From assembly GCA_016204045.1 (NCBI GenBank), contig JACQLQ010000004.1:164927-228926 (forward strand): a DNA stretch of 64,000 bases, in the 5' to 3' direction. The translations under genes were made by a program, and so were the position numbers. Origin of the DNA: Parcubacteria group bacterium (GTDB taxonomy: Bacteria; Patescibacteriota; Minisyncoccia; Phycocordibacterales; UBA2135). This document shows positions 36,939-46,000 of this stretch, one piece after another; the first letter of the stretch is position 1, and each line of letters begins with the position of its first letter. The notes under the pieces are model-generated. The model did no database searches. It was not told where the DNA came from and was given only the letters and a program-made list of their open reading frames with translations.

Positions 36939-37375
36939 ATCTCAAGGCCGAAGATTTCTTTTTTGAGTTTGCCGTAATCCTCCAGCGTATTAACGGGCTC
37001 CCACTGCTCGCCGCCTTCATAAGCCCAACTGCTCACGATATCCTCTTTAAGAACATCGTAAATTCTCCGCACTCTAAAATCTTTGTAGGGACTCTGAATA
37101 TCGTCAATCTTTACTGCAACATCCATCTCTGCAAAGCAGGATTTTCGCTTCGCATCATACGTGCTGTGCAGAACCTGAAGAACTGCCGTGCCAAGATTAT
37201 CTTTGCCGGACTGCTGTTCCGCAAGCTCTCTTGCTTTTGCGGCACATTCTTCGTTGAGGCTAAACAGTTCTCTGTCGCCTACTTCGCTCTTATTCCAGAG
37301 TAATCCGTACGAGACGATTGCCGCGGCGACAATCAATGCGGCAACGATTATTTGATTTTGTTTTATCCAATTCAT
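36929..37375 (-). CDS. membrane-anchored hypothetical protein
   Basis: N-terminal TM helix; no motif. Confidence 0.45.
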   Translation of the reverse strand: MNWIKQNQIIVAALIVAAAIVSYGLLWNKSEVGDRELFSLNEECAAKARELAEQQSGKDNLGTAVLQVLHSTYDAKRKSCFAEMDVAVKIDDIQSPYKDFRVRRIYDVLKEDIVSSWAYEGGEQWEPVNTLEDYGKLKKEIFGLEIYE

Positions 37376-37377
37376 TG

Positions 37378-37530
37378 CACTCTAGCGGGTTTTAGTGCGA
37401 CGGAGTGAGCCTAAACAAAAGGCTCCTGGCCATCGCAACGGAACCTTTCGGCCCCGCCCATACAGGTTTCCCCATATGACCCGCTAGAGTGACTCTGACC
37501 AGGAGTCCTTTGTTCTCTAGCGGGATTTTT
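37378..37530. promoter_or_regulatory. three copies of a 10-13-nt element (two direct, one inverted between them) that can form mutually exclusive hairpins; the second alternative is followed by a U-run on the plus strand
   Basis: cactctagcgggt at 37378-37390, acccgctagagtg at 37479-37491, ctctagcggg at 37515-37524 followed by attttt; copy 1 abuts the start codon of the minus-strand gene. Confidence 0.5.
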
Positions 37531-37657
37531 GACCATGCCACCGGATTTCTCCGAGGGTTTAGGTCACCGAATCGTTATTCAGTTGTAAAAACATTTTAAC
37601 GCAAATCGACCGTTGCGTCCATGGAACCTTAGCTTAGATATCGGTCTTTGCGAAGCC

Positions 37658-37671
37658 TGAGTTACCAACAG
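37658..37671. repeat. 14-bp direct repeat tgagttaccaacag (copy 1, 5 nt beyond the OLD gene stop)
   Basis: Exact match to 39627-39640. Confidence 0.8.
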
Positions 37672-37676
37672 GTCAT

Positions 37677-39578
37677 CTAAAATGCTTTTTGAGCAATCAC
37701 AGAGAAAAGTTTTGAAAAGTTATCTTTTGTCTCTTGCGACACAGCTATCTGCCCGGAAGACACTTTCTCATAAAACTGTCTCGAGAGGGGTGCTTTACTC
37801 GAGTCCGGTATTACACTGGAATTCAACTCTGACGATCGATAAGATTCATCTTTCTCAAGGACAAATTTGTTAAAGTCTGATTTGGCAATTAAATCTTCAA
37901 CTTGATGTCCATCTGTTTCGGAAACGAACGAAATATTTTCGTCTGTTAAAAGTAACTTCTCCTGCAAAATAGTTTTAATCTCCTTACCCTTATCGTCATT
38001 ATCCAATAAAGCATGAAAACCGAGTTTCCATCCGATGAGCAACGACACGATAGGTGGGGTATTATCAGCACCTTTGAGCGGAATAAAATGGACTTTTTCT
38101 AATTTTTTACTTGTAGATGCTGAAACAAATTTCAAGGCGGCTTGAAGATAGTAGTAATCTGAAATACCCTCCAGGATGAGATTGTGATCAGCTGCAATCG
38201 TCAATTGCTTGGTAACATCCAAGCCGATTGCAGTAATTATGGGCATAAGCGTAGTGCGGTCTGCGGCGGCATCAGAGGTCAAAGTAAAAACCTTAGTACC
38301 ACGGTTTTTTCTTTTGTCGAAATCTTTAATGACAAGACGAATACGATCAAGCCGGGCGGGATCAATCAGATAGGGAGAGTGGGTCGTTAAAACAATCTGA
38401 TTTTCCTTCGAAAGATCTGTAAGAACCTCGAGGATATCGTTCTGCGCCTGTGCGTGAACAAAGAGGCCTGGCTCATCAATTAATACGATGCTTTTATAAT
38501 CTTTGGCTTCTGCCTTAAGCAAGAGATAGAAGGCTAGAAACCACTGCAACCCCTTGCTCCTTTGTTCCATTCTGAAGGGTTCTTTTTTACCCTTTTCGTA
38601 GAAAGCAAAAACGAGCTTGTCGCCATTTAGCTCAACACGAAGGTCGATTTTATCTTGCTGCCAGCTACCTTTAAAATCCCCTTCTAGAACTGCCGATGCC
38701 TTCTTGGTATGAGCTAGTTTGTTTTGTGTTGTGATGCTGGTATCACTAAGTTTCTCGAGATCCAAACCTGAAATAGTGCAGTAACGCTTAACGCTAGTAT
38801 GTGTTTTTGCGGTGGTAAGATTAATTTCAAACGGCAGAGCATCTTCCTTATCAAAGGCTTCAAAGTAGACGAGGTTGGGTACCAGTTCCCAAATCTTTTC
38901 CTTATTTTCCTCACGTTCCTTTCCCAACAGATCGTACTCAGCTAAGGCTGCTTCTACTTTTGCTTTAAAATCTTTACCCTTCGTCTGCTGTTCAACAGAC
39001 AGTTGTGCTAAAGCTGCTTCAATTTGTGGTAAGAAAATTGTTCGCAGTTTCTCGGCATCTTGAATAGTAATCTTTTGTAAATCCTTAAGCGGATAGTTTG
39101 CAATAGGTTTCTCGTCGAACGCTGCCTTGAGTACGATAAAACCATCGCTAAGTTTTTCAATGCACTGACGTCTTTTTTTTGTTTTGTTCGTGAGCAGGAG
39201 ATCGATTACAGAACCATTGATACTATCGAACGTATAAGAATTATCGAAATGTTTTGTTATCGAAAATGGCGTAGCCAAAAGTGCTTCTTTACTGATTCCG
39301 GTCGGTAACCGGAGTCCATTTAGCAACTCGGCAAGGTCATCTTTTTCGAGTTTGAAAGTAAGAGTGATATCAGGTTCAATTCCTTCCGCCCCCATTGGAA
39401 GATCATCCTCGTCGAGGTTGGTTTCTTCCCCACGATTAAACGTCTCTAGCGCCTTGAGCAAAACGGTCTTCCCGGCCTCGTTTTTGCCAGCCAATACGGT
39501 GACATCTGAGGCAAGCTCGACATCACCGGAGTCGGCAATAGACCTAAAGTCCGTGATTTTGAACTTGAGTAGCTTCAT
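37677..39578 (-). CDS. OLD-family ATP-dependent endonuclease (ABC-type ATPase plus C-terminal Toprim); PARIS AriA-AriB-fusion / GajA-like defense candidate
   Basis: Walker A LAGKNEAGKT; Walker B VLIDEPGLFVH; IVLTTHSP; C-terminal LILEGISDYYYL Toprim-like EGxSD. Confidence 0.75.
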   Translation of the reverse strand: MKLLKFKITDFRSIADSGDVELASDVTVLAGKNEAGKTVLLKALETFNRGEETNLDEDDLPMGAEGIEPDITLTFKLEKDDLAELLNGLRLPTGISKEALLATPFSITKHFDNSYTFDSINGSVIDLLLTNKTKKRRQCIEKLSDGFIVLKAAFDEKPIANYPLKDLQKITIQDAEKLRTIFLPQIEAALAQLSVEQQTKGKDFKAKVEAALAEYDLLGKEREENKEKIWELVPNLVYFEAFDKEDALPFEINLTTAKTHTSVKRYCTISGLDLEKLSDTSITTQNKLAHTKKASAVLEGDFKGSWQQDKIDLRVELNGDKLVFAFYEKGKKEPFRMEQRSKGLQWFLAFYLLLKAEAKDYKSIVLIDEPGLFVHAQAQNDILEVLTDLSKENQIVLTTHSPYLIDPARLDRIRLVIKDFDKRKNRGTKVFTLTSDAAADRTTLMPIITAIGLDVTKQLTIAADHNLILEGISDYYYLQAALKFVSASTSKKLEKVHFIPLKGADNTPPIVSLLIGWKLGFHALLDNDDKGKEIKTILQEKLLLTDENISFVSETDGHQVEDLIAKSDFNKFVLEKDESYRSSELNSSVIPDSSKAPLSRQFYEKVSSGQIAVSQETKDNFSKLFSVIAQKAF

Positions 39579-39626
39579 GGAAATATCCAGTATGTTAGCA
39601 CTTTTTTGAGAAAAATGAAGGGCCTA

Positions 39627-39640
39627 TGAGTTACCAACAG
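39627..39640. repeat. 14-bp direct repeat tgagttaccaacag (copy 2, in the divergent OLD/recombinase intergenic region)
   Basis: Exact match to 37658-37671. Confidence 0.8.
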
Positions 39641-39684
39641 CTAGATCTGGACTTCCCCAGCCAGGGCGTCATTGATGTTGATAT

Positions 39685-41427
39685 ATGAGAAAAGCGGCAT
39701 TATACGCCCGTGTGAGCACGGCGCTTCAAGAAAAAGAAAAAACAATTGAGAGCCAAATCGCTGAACTAAAAAAACAGATACAAGTGGCTGGAAATGTTCT
39801 CGTTAAAGAATATGTTGATAATGGACACAGTGGAGCATATCTTGATCGACCCGCTCTTGATGAGCTACGTGCGGCACTCAAGACAGATAGCTTTGATGCT
39901 GTCTACTTTCATTCAACCGATCGTATAGCGCGAGATGTAATGCACCAAAATATTATCATTAGTGAACTTATCAACAACAAAAAACAAATCGTTATCAACG
40001 GAATAGATTATGAGAAAAATCCTGAAAATGAGTTCTCTCTTACGGTGCTTGGAGCTGTCTCTCAATTCGAGCGAGCAAAAATCATGGAACGAACGCGACG
40101 AGGGTGGTTACATCGTCTACGCCAAGGCCAGCTTGTCTCTCAAGGCCGGGGAACGTACGGGTATGATTACATGCGCAAGACTCCAACCAGTCCTCCAGCG
40201 CTTGTCATAAACGAAGAACAAGCTAAAACAGTGCGTTATATATTTGAACAGTATGCAAACAATTTGAAGGGTGTTTGTGCAATCTCACGTTCGCTCGAGC
40301 AAAAAAATATTCGTACTTGTAGGGGAAAGAATTTGTGGAATAGAGAAATATTAATTCGGATGCTTCAAAACAAGACATATATTGGTACGCGTTATTTCAA
40401 CACACGTACTCGAGAAAAAACCGCAGACGGAACACGCAAAAAGAATTGGAAGATCGTTTATCGTGACCAATCGGAATGGATCGCTGTAAAAGTACCTACG
40501 ATTGTATCGCAAGATCTTTTCGATAAAGCACAGGAGAGGATTAAAAAATCTCGCGAACGATACTGCCAACCTGATGTTATATTTCTCTTGCGTGGGTTAG
40601 TAGTATGTGGGGAATGCGGCCGTAGGTACTGTTCATGTCGCTGGTATGAGAAAAGAAAGCTTCAAACAGGAGAACTGCGAGTGGTCCACTGGGCCGCATA
40701 CCGATGCAATTCAGGGTCTAGTCTTGCACAGCATGATATCTCCAAACTTAAACGTTGTCGCAACCCTCGAATTTCAACTCACATCCTTGATGACAAGATC
40801 ATGGTGATGATCCAAAATATTATGCTGGATCCTAAAAAACTTTCTCTCTGTATGGAACGAGGCGGGCATGAACCAGATGTAAATGCCGCACGAGAAATCG
40901 CACGTATTGCACGGCGAGCAAAGCTACTCGACAATCAAAGACGACAAATAATTGATAACTATGCACACGGACGCATAGGAACTGAAAAGTATATAAAGAG
41001 AAACCAAGCGCTTGATACTGAGCTTAATCGGCTCACAGACAAAAAAAGAGAGCTTACTAACGCGGTATATACCCAAAGCGGCTTCGCTGAAAAAAGTATC
41101 CAACAATTCTGCGCAAATGCACGAATGGAATTTGTAACCTGTAATGATTTCGACACGAAGCGAAAATTTCTACGCGACCATATTGAGAAGATAATTTTTA
41201 ACCGTGATAGAGTGACCATCATTGGTTCTGTCCCTGCTAAAAATGCGCCAGAAAATACCCCATTGTCCTTTCGGATAGAGGATGAGATTGATAGAAAAGC
41301 AATACGATCAAAAACAGGACGTAAAAATGCTTTAAATTGGCCGAAGAAACGCGCAACATGGAGAGCGGTATTCTCTGAGACTTCAAGTAAGGTAATGGAA
41401 ACCAGACGAAAGCGTAGAGCCGGCTAA
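39685..41427 (+). CDS. large serine recombinase (resolvase catalytic domain plus recombinase domain plus zinc ribbon)
   Basis: AALYARVSTALQ catalytic Ser motif; DRIARD; CGECGRRYCSCR zinc ribbon; C-terminal coiled coil. Confidence 0.93.
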   Translation: MRKAALYARVSTALQEKEKTIESQIAELKKQIQVAGNVLVKEYVDNGHSGAYLDRPALDELRAALKTDSFDAVYFHSTDRIARDVMHQNIIISELINNKKQIVINGIDYEKNPENEFSLTVLGAVSQFERAKIMERTRRGWLHRLRQGQLVSQGRGTYGYDYMRKTPTSPPALVINEEQAKTVRYIFEQYANNLKGVCAISRSLEQKNIRTCRGKNLWNREILIRMLQNKTYIGTRYFNTRTREKTADGTRKKNWKIVYRDQSEWIAVKVPTIVSQDLFDKAQERIKKSRERYCQPDVIFLLRGLVVCGECGRRYCSCRWYEKRKLQTGELRVVHWAAYRCNSGSSLAQHDISKLKRCRNPRISTHILDDKIMVMIQNIMLDPKKLSLCMERGGHEPDVNAAREIARIARRAKLLDNQRRQIIDNYAHGRIGTEKYIKRNQALDTELNRLTDKKRELTNAVYTQSGFAEKSIQQFCANARMEFVTCNDFDTKRKFLRDHIEKIIFNRDRVTIIGSVPAKNAPENTPLSFRIEDEIDRKAIRSKTGRKNALNWPKKRATWRAVFSETSSKVMETRRKRRAG

Positions 41428-41597
41428 GTCTATAATAAGATACTAAAAATACTTTTTATCGGAGGGAACTTGAAATGGTTTTTTTATTATTTCGTGAGTT
41501 CGGCCTTCCTCGTTTCCCCCACTTAGGGCATGCAGGAGATGAAATTTGAAACACGTGTGCTTTTTTGCGTCGGCCGAGCTAAATGATTTGTCGTGCG

Positions 41598-42719
41598 TCA
41601 TTGTTCAATCTCATATTCAAGATCCAGTATCCAGGGTTTATAAGGAGGATTATCATTATTGTTCACATTTTTATTGCGCTGCAAGACACTTTTATGAACA
41701 ACGGGTTTATCTTTTCTATTTGAATCCCAAGAACGTTGTTTCTTGTGATAAGATGAGTTAACCAAACCATTACGTGAATTGTGCATATAACCATTCACGT
41801 CGCCGTTAATAGAAAGAGAATTTTCAGGATTTATATGAAGACCGTGATTAACAGCCTTCTTCTTCATCCAGACAAGCGGAATGTCTGATAATTCCTGTTC
41901 ATCATAACCACCACCAACATCGGTATGCATTCCACAGAACCATACTTGCTTAATGGTTTGGTGTGGCAAAACATCTGGGTCCCACAAAATAGGATGAAAA
42001 GTTTTTCGTTCATCATCAATTGCTAATGCCTGATAGGCATTTTCAACAGATTCACTCAATTTAAAATCATGGAATTTATACTGAAGTCCGTAGATACTAC
42101 CAAGAGATTTTTTCTGAAATCTGGCTTTCGCCTTAATAATCATCTCAATAAATACATTAACTAGTGTAGTTTTTAGGTCAGTCAATTCATCTGGTAGACC
42201 CAGCGCATCAACGGTATCATAGCAACCGAGAAATTTAATTCTTGTCCGTATTGTGTGTTGTGTGGATAGAAACTTTTTTACTTCGATTTTACGCTTAGAT
42301 TCGTCTTCATATTCATAGATTTCATAAGCTTTCTCTACCAGATTAGGGCGAGATTCGGGTATTATGCCAAAGTAGTGAATAAAACTTGATAGGCTGCGAA
42401 CTGTCGCGGCACCACGACTAAAACCAAACAAATAGATCTGGTCACCTTCTTTAAAGTTTTTGGAAATAAATGTGTAGCAATCCAAAATGTTTTTTGACAT
42501 ACCCGCACCGACAACGTTGCCAGCAACCCTTTGCCCCCAGTTAGTACCTAATCCTGGATCATAGAATGAAACCTGTCGTGAGGTAGAATTTTCAATTATA
42601 TTGAATAGCTTATAAATATTTGTACTCGGTCCCTTGCCACCTTTCTGCCCCGTACCGTCAGAAAATATCACAATATTTTTGGGCATATTATTTTTACTTA
42701 TGGAATTGGGAACAGTCAC
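41598..42719 (-). CDS. DUF2235 alpha/beta hydrolase (T6SS Tle1 phospholipase-like)
   Basis: IVIFSDGTGQ and GFSRGAATVR motifs characteristic of DUF2235 / Tle1. Confidence 0.75.
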   Translation of the reverse strand: MTVPNSISKNNMPKNIVIFSDGTGQKGGKGPSTNIYKLFNIIENSTSRQVSFYDPGLGTNWGQRVAGNVVGAGMSKNILDCYTFISKNFKEGDQIYLFGFSRGAATVRSLSSFIHYFGIIPESRPNLVEKAYEIYEYEDESKRKIEVKKFLSTQHTIRTRIKFLGCYDTVDALGLPDELTDLKTTLVNVFIEMIIKAKARFQKKSLGSIYGLQYKFHDFKLSESVENAYQALAIDDERKTFHPILWDPDVLPHQTIKQVWFCGMHTDVGGGYDEQELSDIPLVWMKKKAVNHGLHINPENSLSINGDVNGYMHNSRNGLVNSSYHKKQRSWDSNRKDKPVVHKSVLQRNKNVNNNDNPPYKPWILDLEYEIEQ

Positions 42720-42727
42720 GATTATCT

Positions 42728-42976
42728 CTAACTAATGAGTGAATATATTGCTGCTGCTATGAACGCAACACCAACCACTATCCATCCTATAGTTCTTACA
42801 TATCTTTCGGTGTTAATTTCTTGTTTAGAGATACTCTCGTATTCTTTATCGATATTTGTACCGGGCATTTGCTCCCCCCTCAAAAAGTGTTTTTTTGACA
42901 CCATTCGAACAACACCCTGGTATATTAGGTAGCTTCCAATGAGGATTAGGAAGATTTCGAAGATTATACTTGTCAT
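42728..42976 (-). CDS. small two-TM membrane protein, candidate immunity protein for the main RHS toxin
   Basis: Immediately downstream of the RHS C-terminal toxin domain; two hydrophobic helices. Confidence 0.4.
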   Translation of the reverse strand: MTSIIFEIFLILIGSYLIYQGVVRMVSKKHFLRGEQMPGTNIDKEYESISKQEINTERYVRTIGWIVVGVAFIAAAIYSLIS

Positions 42977-43015
42977 ATTATCTTTGGTTTGTATTTGTAC
43001 AAATATTTTGAATGA

Positions 43016-46000
43016 TTATTCTTCTTCATTATCTTCGTTATTATCTGACGATGGTGCTGTAATAATATTACCATGCCAATCTACAACAGCGCCACTTGGT
43101 GTTGTGTAGGTTTGTTTTGTTGGATCTGTCATTGGTGCTTGCTGTGGTATCTGTACCTGCCCCTCAAAGACACTGATCAATATTTGTCCAACATCAAAAA
43201 GTGTTCTTTGGTATTTATTAACTTGAGTTTTCGCAAATTCAACTGCCGCATCAAGCCCTAATACACCCTTAGAATTATCATCAAAATCTGACTTGTAACC
43301 CTCAACAACATCTTTTACTGTTAACAGATTTGAGGTACCGCTTATTATTTTCCGAGCTGCTTCTCTAGTAGCAGGTGACAGTAAGAATTGAAGGACCCTC
43401 TGGGCAATCTGAGCAACAACTTCACCGCTGGGGTCACTCATAGTTATCGGATTATTCCCAGAATAACTATATGAATTTAAGAGTTGCGGATTTGAAAGTA
43501 CTGCCTCTCTGTTAATTTCTCCCGGTTTTTTATTAACCGTCAGAATATATTCCAACATCGGTTTCATCATCGCAACATCTCGCGCTACTGGATCCTGGCT
43601 CATAAACTGACCTCTTGAGTTTTGATAATATCGTGCGTTCAAATAATTCAACGAAGTTTCAGTGTCAAAGCGCTCTCCTATGTAATGCCGGTCGGTTGCA
43701 TTGGAGCCAGTAGAAACTCTTTCAGATCCGTAAGGATAGTAATCTAATGCTTGTGTGACATCACCATCTTCATCGGTTGTAATCGTCGTTGAGTTTAAGT
43801 GATCAGCGTGTGAGAAATTGGTTGAGGTTGCAGTGCCATTTCCTTCGACAGTGGCGAGCAATGTCCCGCTGGTATCAAAGATATGTTTGGTGGTTGTTGC
43901 AGAAGCCACCGTGTAATAGCTACCCACGTACGTCGTCGTCGCTGTCCCATTTCCTTTGGTGACCCTGTCATTCTGGAAATCATACCCATAGAACGTCGTT
44001 ATACCTCCCACCGTCGACGACGCCATCCTGTCTCTGTAATTCCAACCATAAATATCTGAACCGAAGAAGATCACATTCCCGTTGTTGTCGTAGGTTACAC
44101 TTACTCCGCCAATCGAAGTCGCCGCATGCGGATTCGCATAGTTCGTCTCGGCGTAGGTGTAGTCCCCCAACCTGGAAGTTGTCGCTATGTTCCCAATACG
44201 GTCGTAGGTGAATGTTTGTCGGTAACCGCCATCAACAGGGACGGTCGTTGAGGCCGTGAGGAGCCGGTAGAGATCGTCGTAGGTGTAGTTCACCACCTTT
44301 CCCCCACCGAAGCCGGAGAGGTCTTTGACTTGGGTAATGTTGCCGGCAGTGTCGTAGGTATACGTCAGCGCTTGCAGTGCGTTGTGCGCCGCCGTCGTCG
44401 TTCCTACGTTGTTTATTGCCACGTTAATCCTACAGAGACACGGTGTGCCGGTTGCGGAGTAGGACGGTGTCAGCTCGACCTTGAGCCACAGGAACTTGCC
44501 GTAGAGATTGGAACCTGCCGTAACACCCGGGATTGACGTGGTTGACGTCGCAATGGCGGTGGTGAAGTCGCTCGCCGCCGGGGTTGTGGTGGACGAGGTG
44601 ATGAGGGTCTTTACCTTTACGTCGGCGCCGTTTCTGGCGCAGACACAATACTCAATGAAGCTGTCTTCAACGTTCGTGATGGGAGAAAGGTCCCAGGGGT
44701 CAGAGATCCAGTAGCCGGCTTGGTATTGCGGAGTAGAGGTCGAGCCGAAGTTGTAGAGTTTGAGATACTTTGCCGGTGTTGTAGTGGCAAGCGAAGGGCC
44801 GCCGACAGTTGTGGAGGCATGTGTGCCATCCGCGTCATACGTCCGAAGTGGCCACGCCCTCTGGTCTCCCTTATACGTCGGCATAGACATGGTGAGGTCG
44901 CCCGTGTAGAAGCGGTAGCGGTCGCCGTAGTAGACAGCGGTGGACGAAGTCGACATGAATGCCTGAAAACTATAGTCCTTGAAGTCCTGGAGGCCTAAGA
45001 GGGAGATGGAGAACGGCCCCGTTGAGGTCGCGGCCATGGTCGTTGTCGTCGCGGTCCAAGGGTCATCATTATCAAGGAGAAGCCCGTAGCGGAAACCGAC
45101 GGTGACGGTCGAGGTTGTGGCCGTCCCCATGAGGTTAATGAGGTTCCCCACAAGGTCAGCGCCGTCTTGTTGGACGTTTGTCGAACCCATGGTAAGAACA
45201 GGGTTTTTCCCGCTAAAGGGTGTCGTGGTGCCAACAAGAGTCGTGATGGTGGAGAGCCGGTACAGCGCGTGCTCGTCGTAGTCATACAGCGACGTGTCGC
45301 CGTTACCAAAGTGACGCGCGGTGACGCTCTCTCCGGGGTTGTAGTTTGCGTTGTGGAGAACGAAACGCGAAAGGGTTGAGGTCGAGGTCGGGAGAAGGTC
45401 CACTGACTCAAGGAGCCCCGCGGCGTTAAAGCGATACGAGGCGGTTGCGGCGTCGGGGTAGACGATACTCGTCATATTCCCCTGCCGATCGTAGGCAAAG
45501 GAGGTCAGATAGCGCGTGCTATTGATTGTCTTCTCCTCGCTTGCTATGTTCCCCAGCGCATCATAGACAAAGTTTGCCGCGGCCGCGGTCGTAGTGGCAG
45601 AGCAGAGGCGCCCGATGCCCTCGGGACAGGTGTCGTACGCGAAAGCGACTTCGGTCCCCGCCTCGAGTGTGTAGTTCTCGGTCAATACTCGGTTAATGTC
45701 GTCGTAGGTGAAGTTCACCGTCTGGTTTTTGCCGTCTATCTTTGTCGTGACGTTCCCTGCCGCATCGTAGAGAAGTGTTGTTGATGCAAAGCCGGTGTCC
45801 GCCGCATCATGCAAGTCCTCTGACTTGGTGAGGCGGGAGAGGTTGTCGTAGGTGAAGTTGCGCAAGTTTCCAAGCGAATCGGTAATCTTGGTGAGGTCGT
45901 TCCGCGCATTGTATTCATAGGTGGTGGTGTACTGGCTCCCGTCGTCATGCTCTATCACGGTTTTGAGGTTCCCGAATGCGTCATTCGTGAATTGCTTCGT

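Larger units (their letters stand above)
34971..41427. mobile_element. putative integrated mobile / phage-derived island (methylase, HTH, OLD nuclease, serine recombinase); boundaries not resolved
   Basis: Cluster of mobile-element hallmark genes with mixed orientation and mostly lower GC than the flanking RHS gene. Confidence 0.4.

Noticed and set aside
41546-41761. 71-aa plus-strand ORF at the DUF2235 gene 3' end
   Set aside because: It overlaps the well-supported minus-strand hydrolase gene and has no ribosome-binding site or motif.
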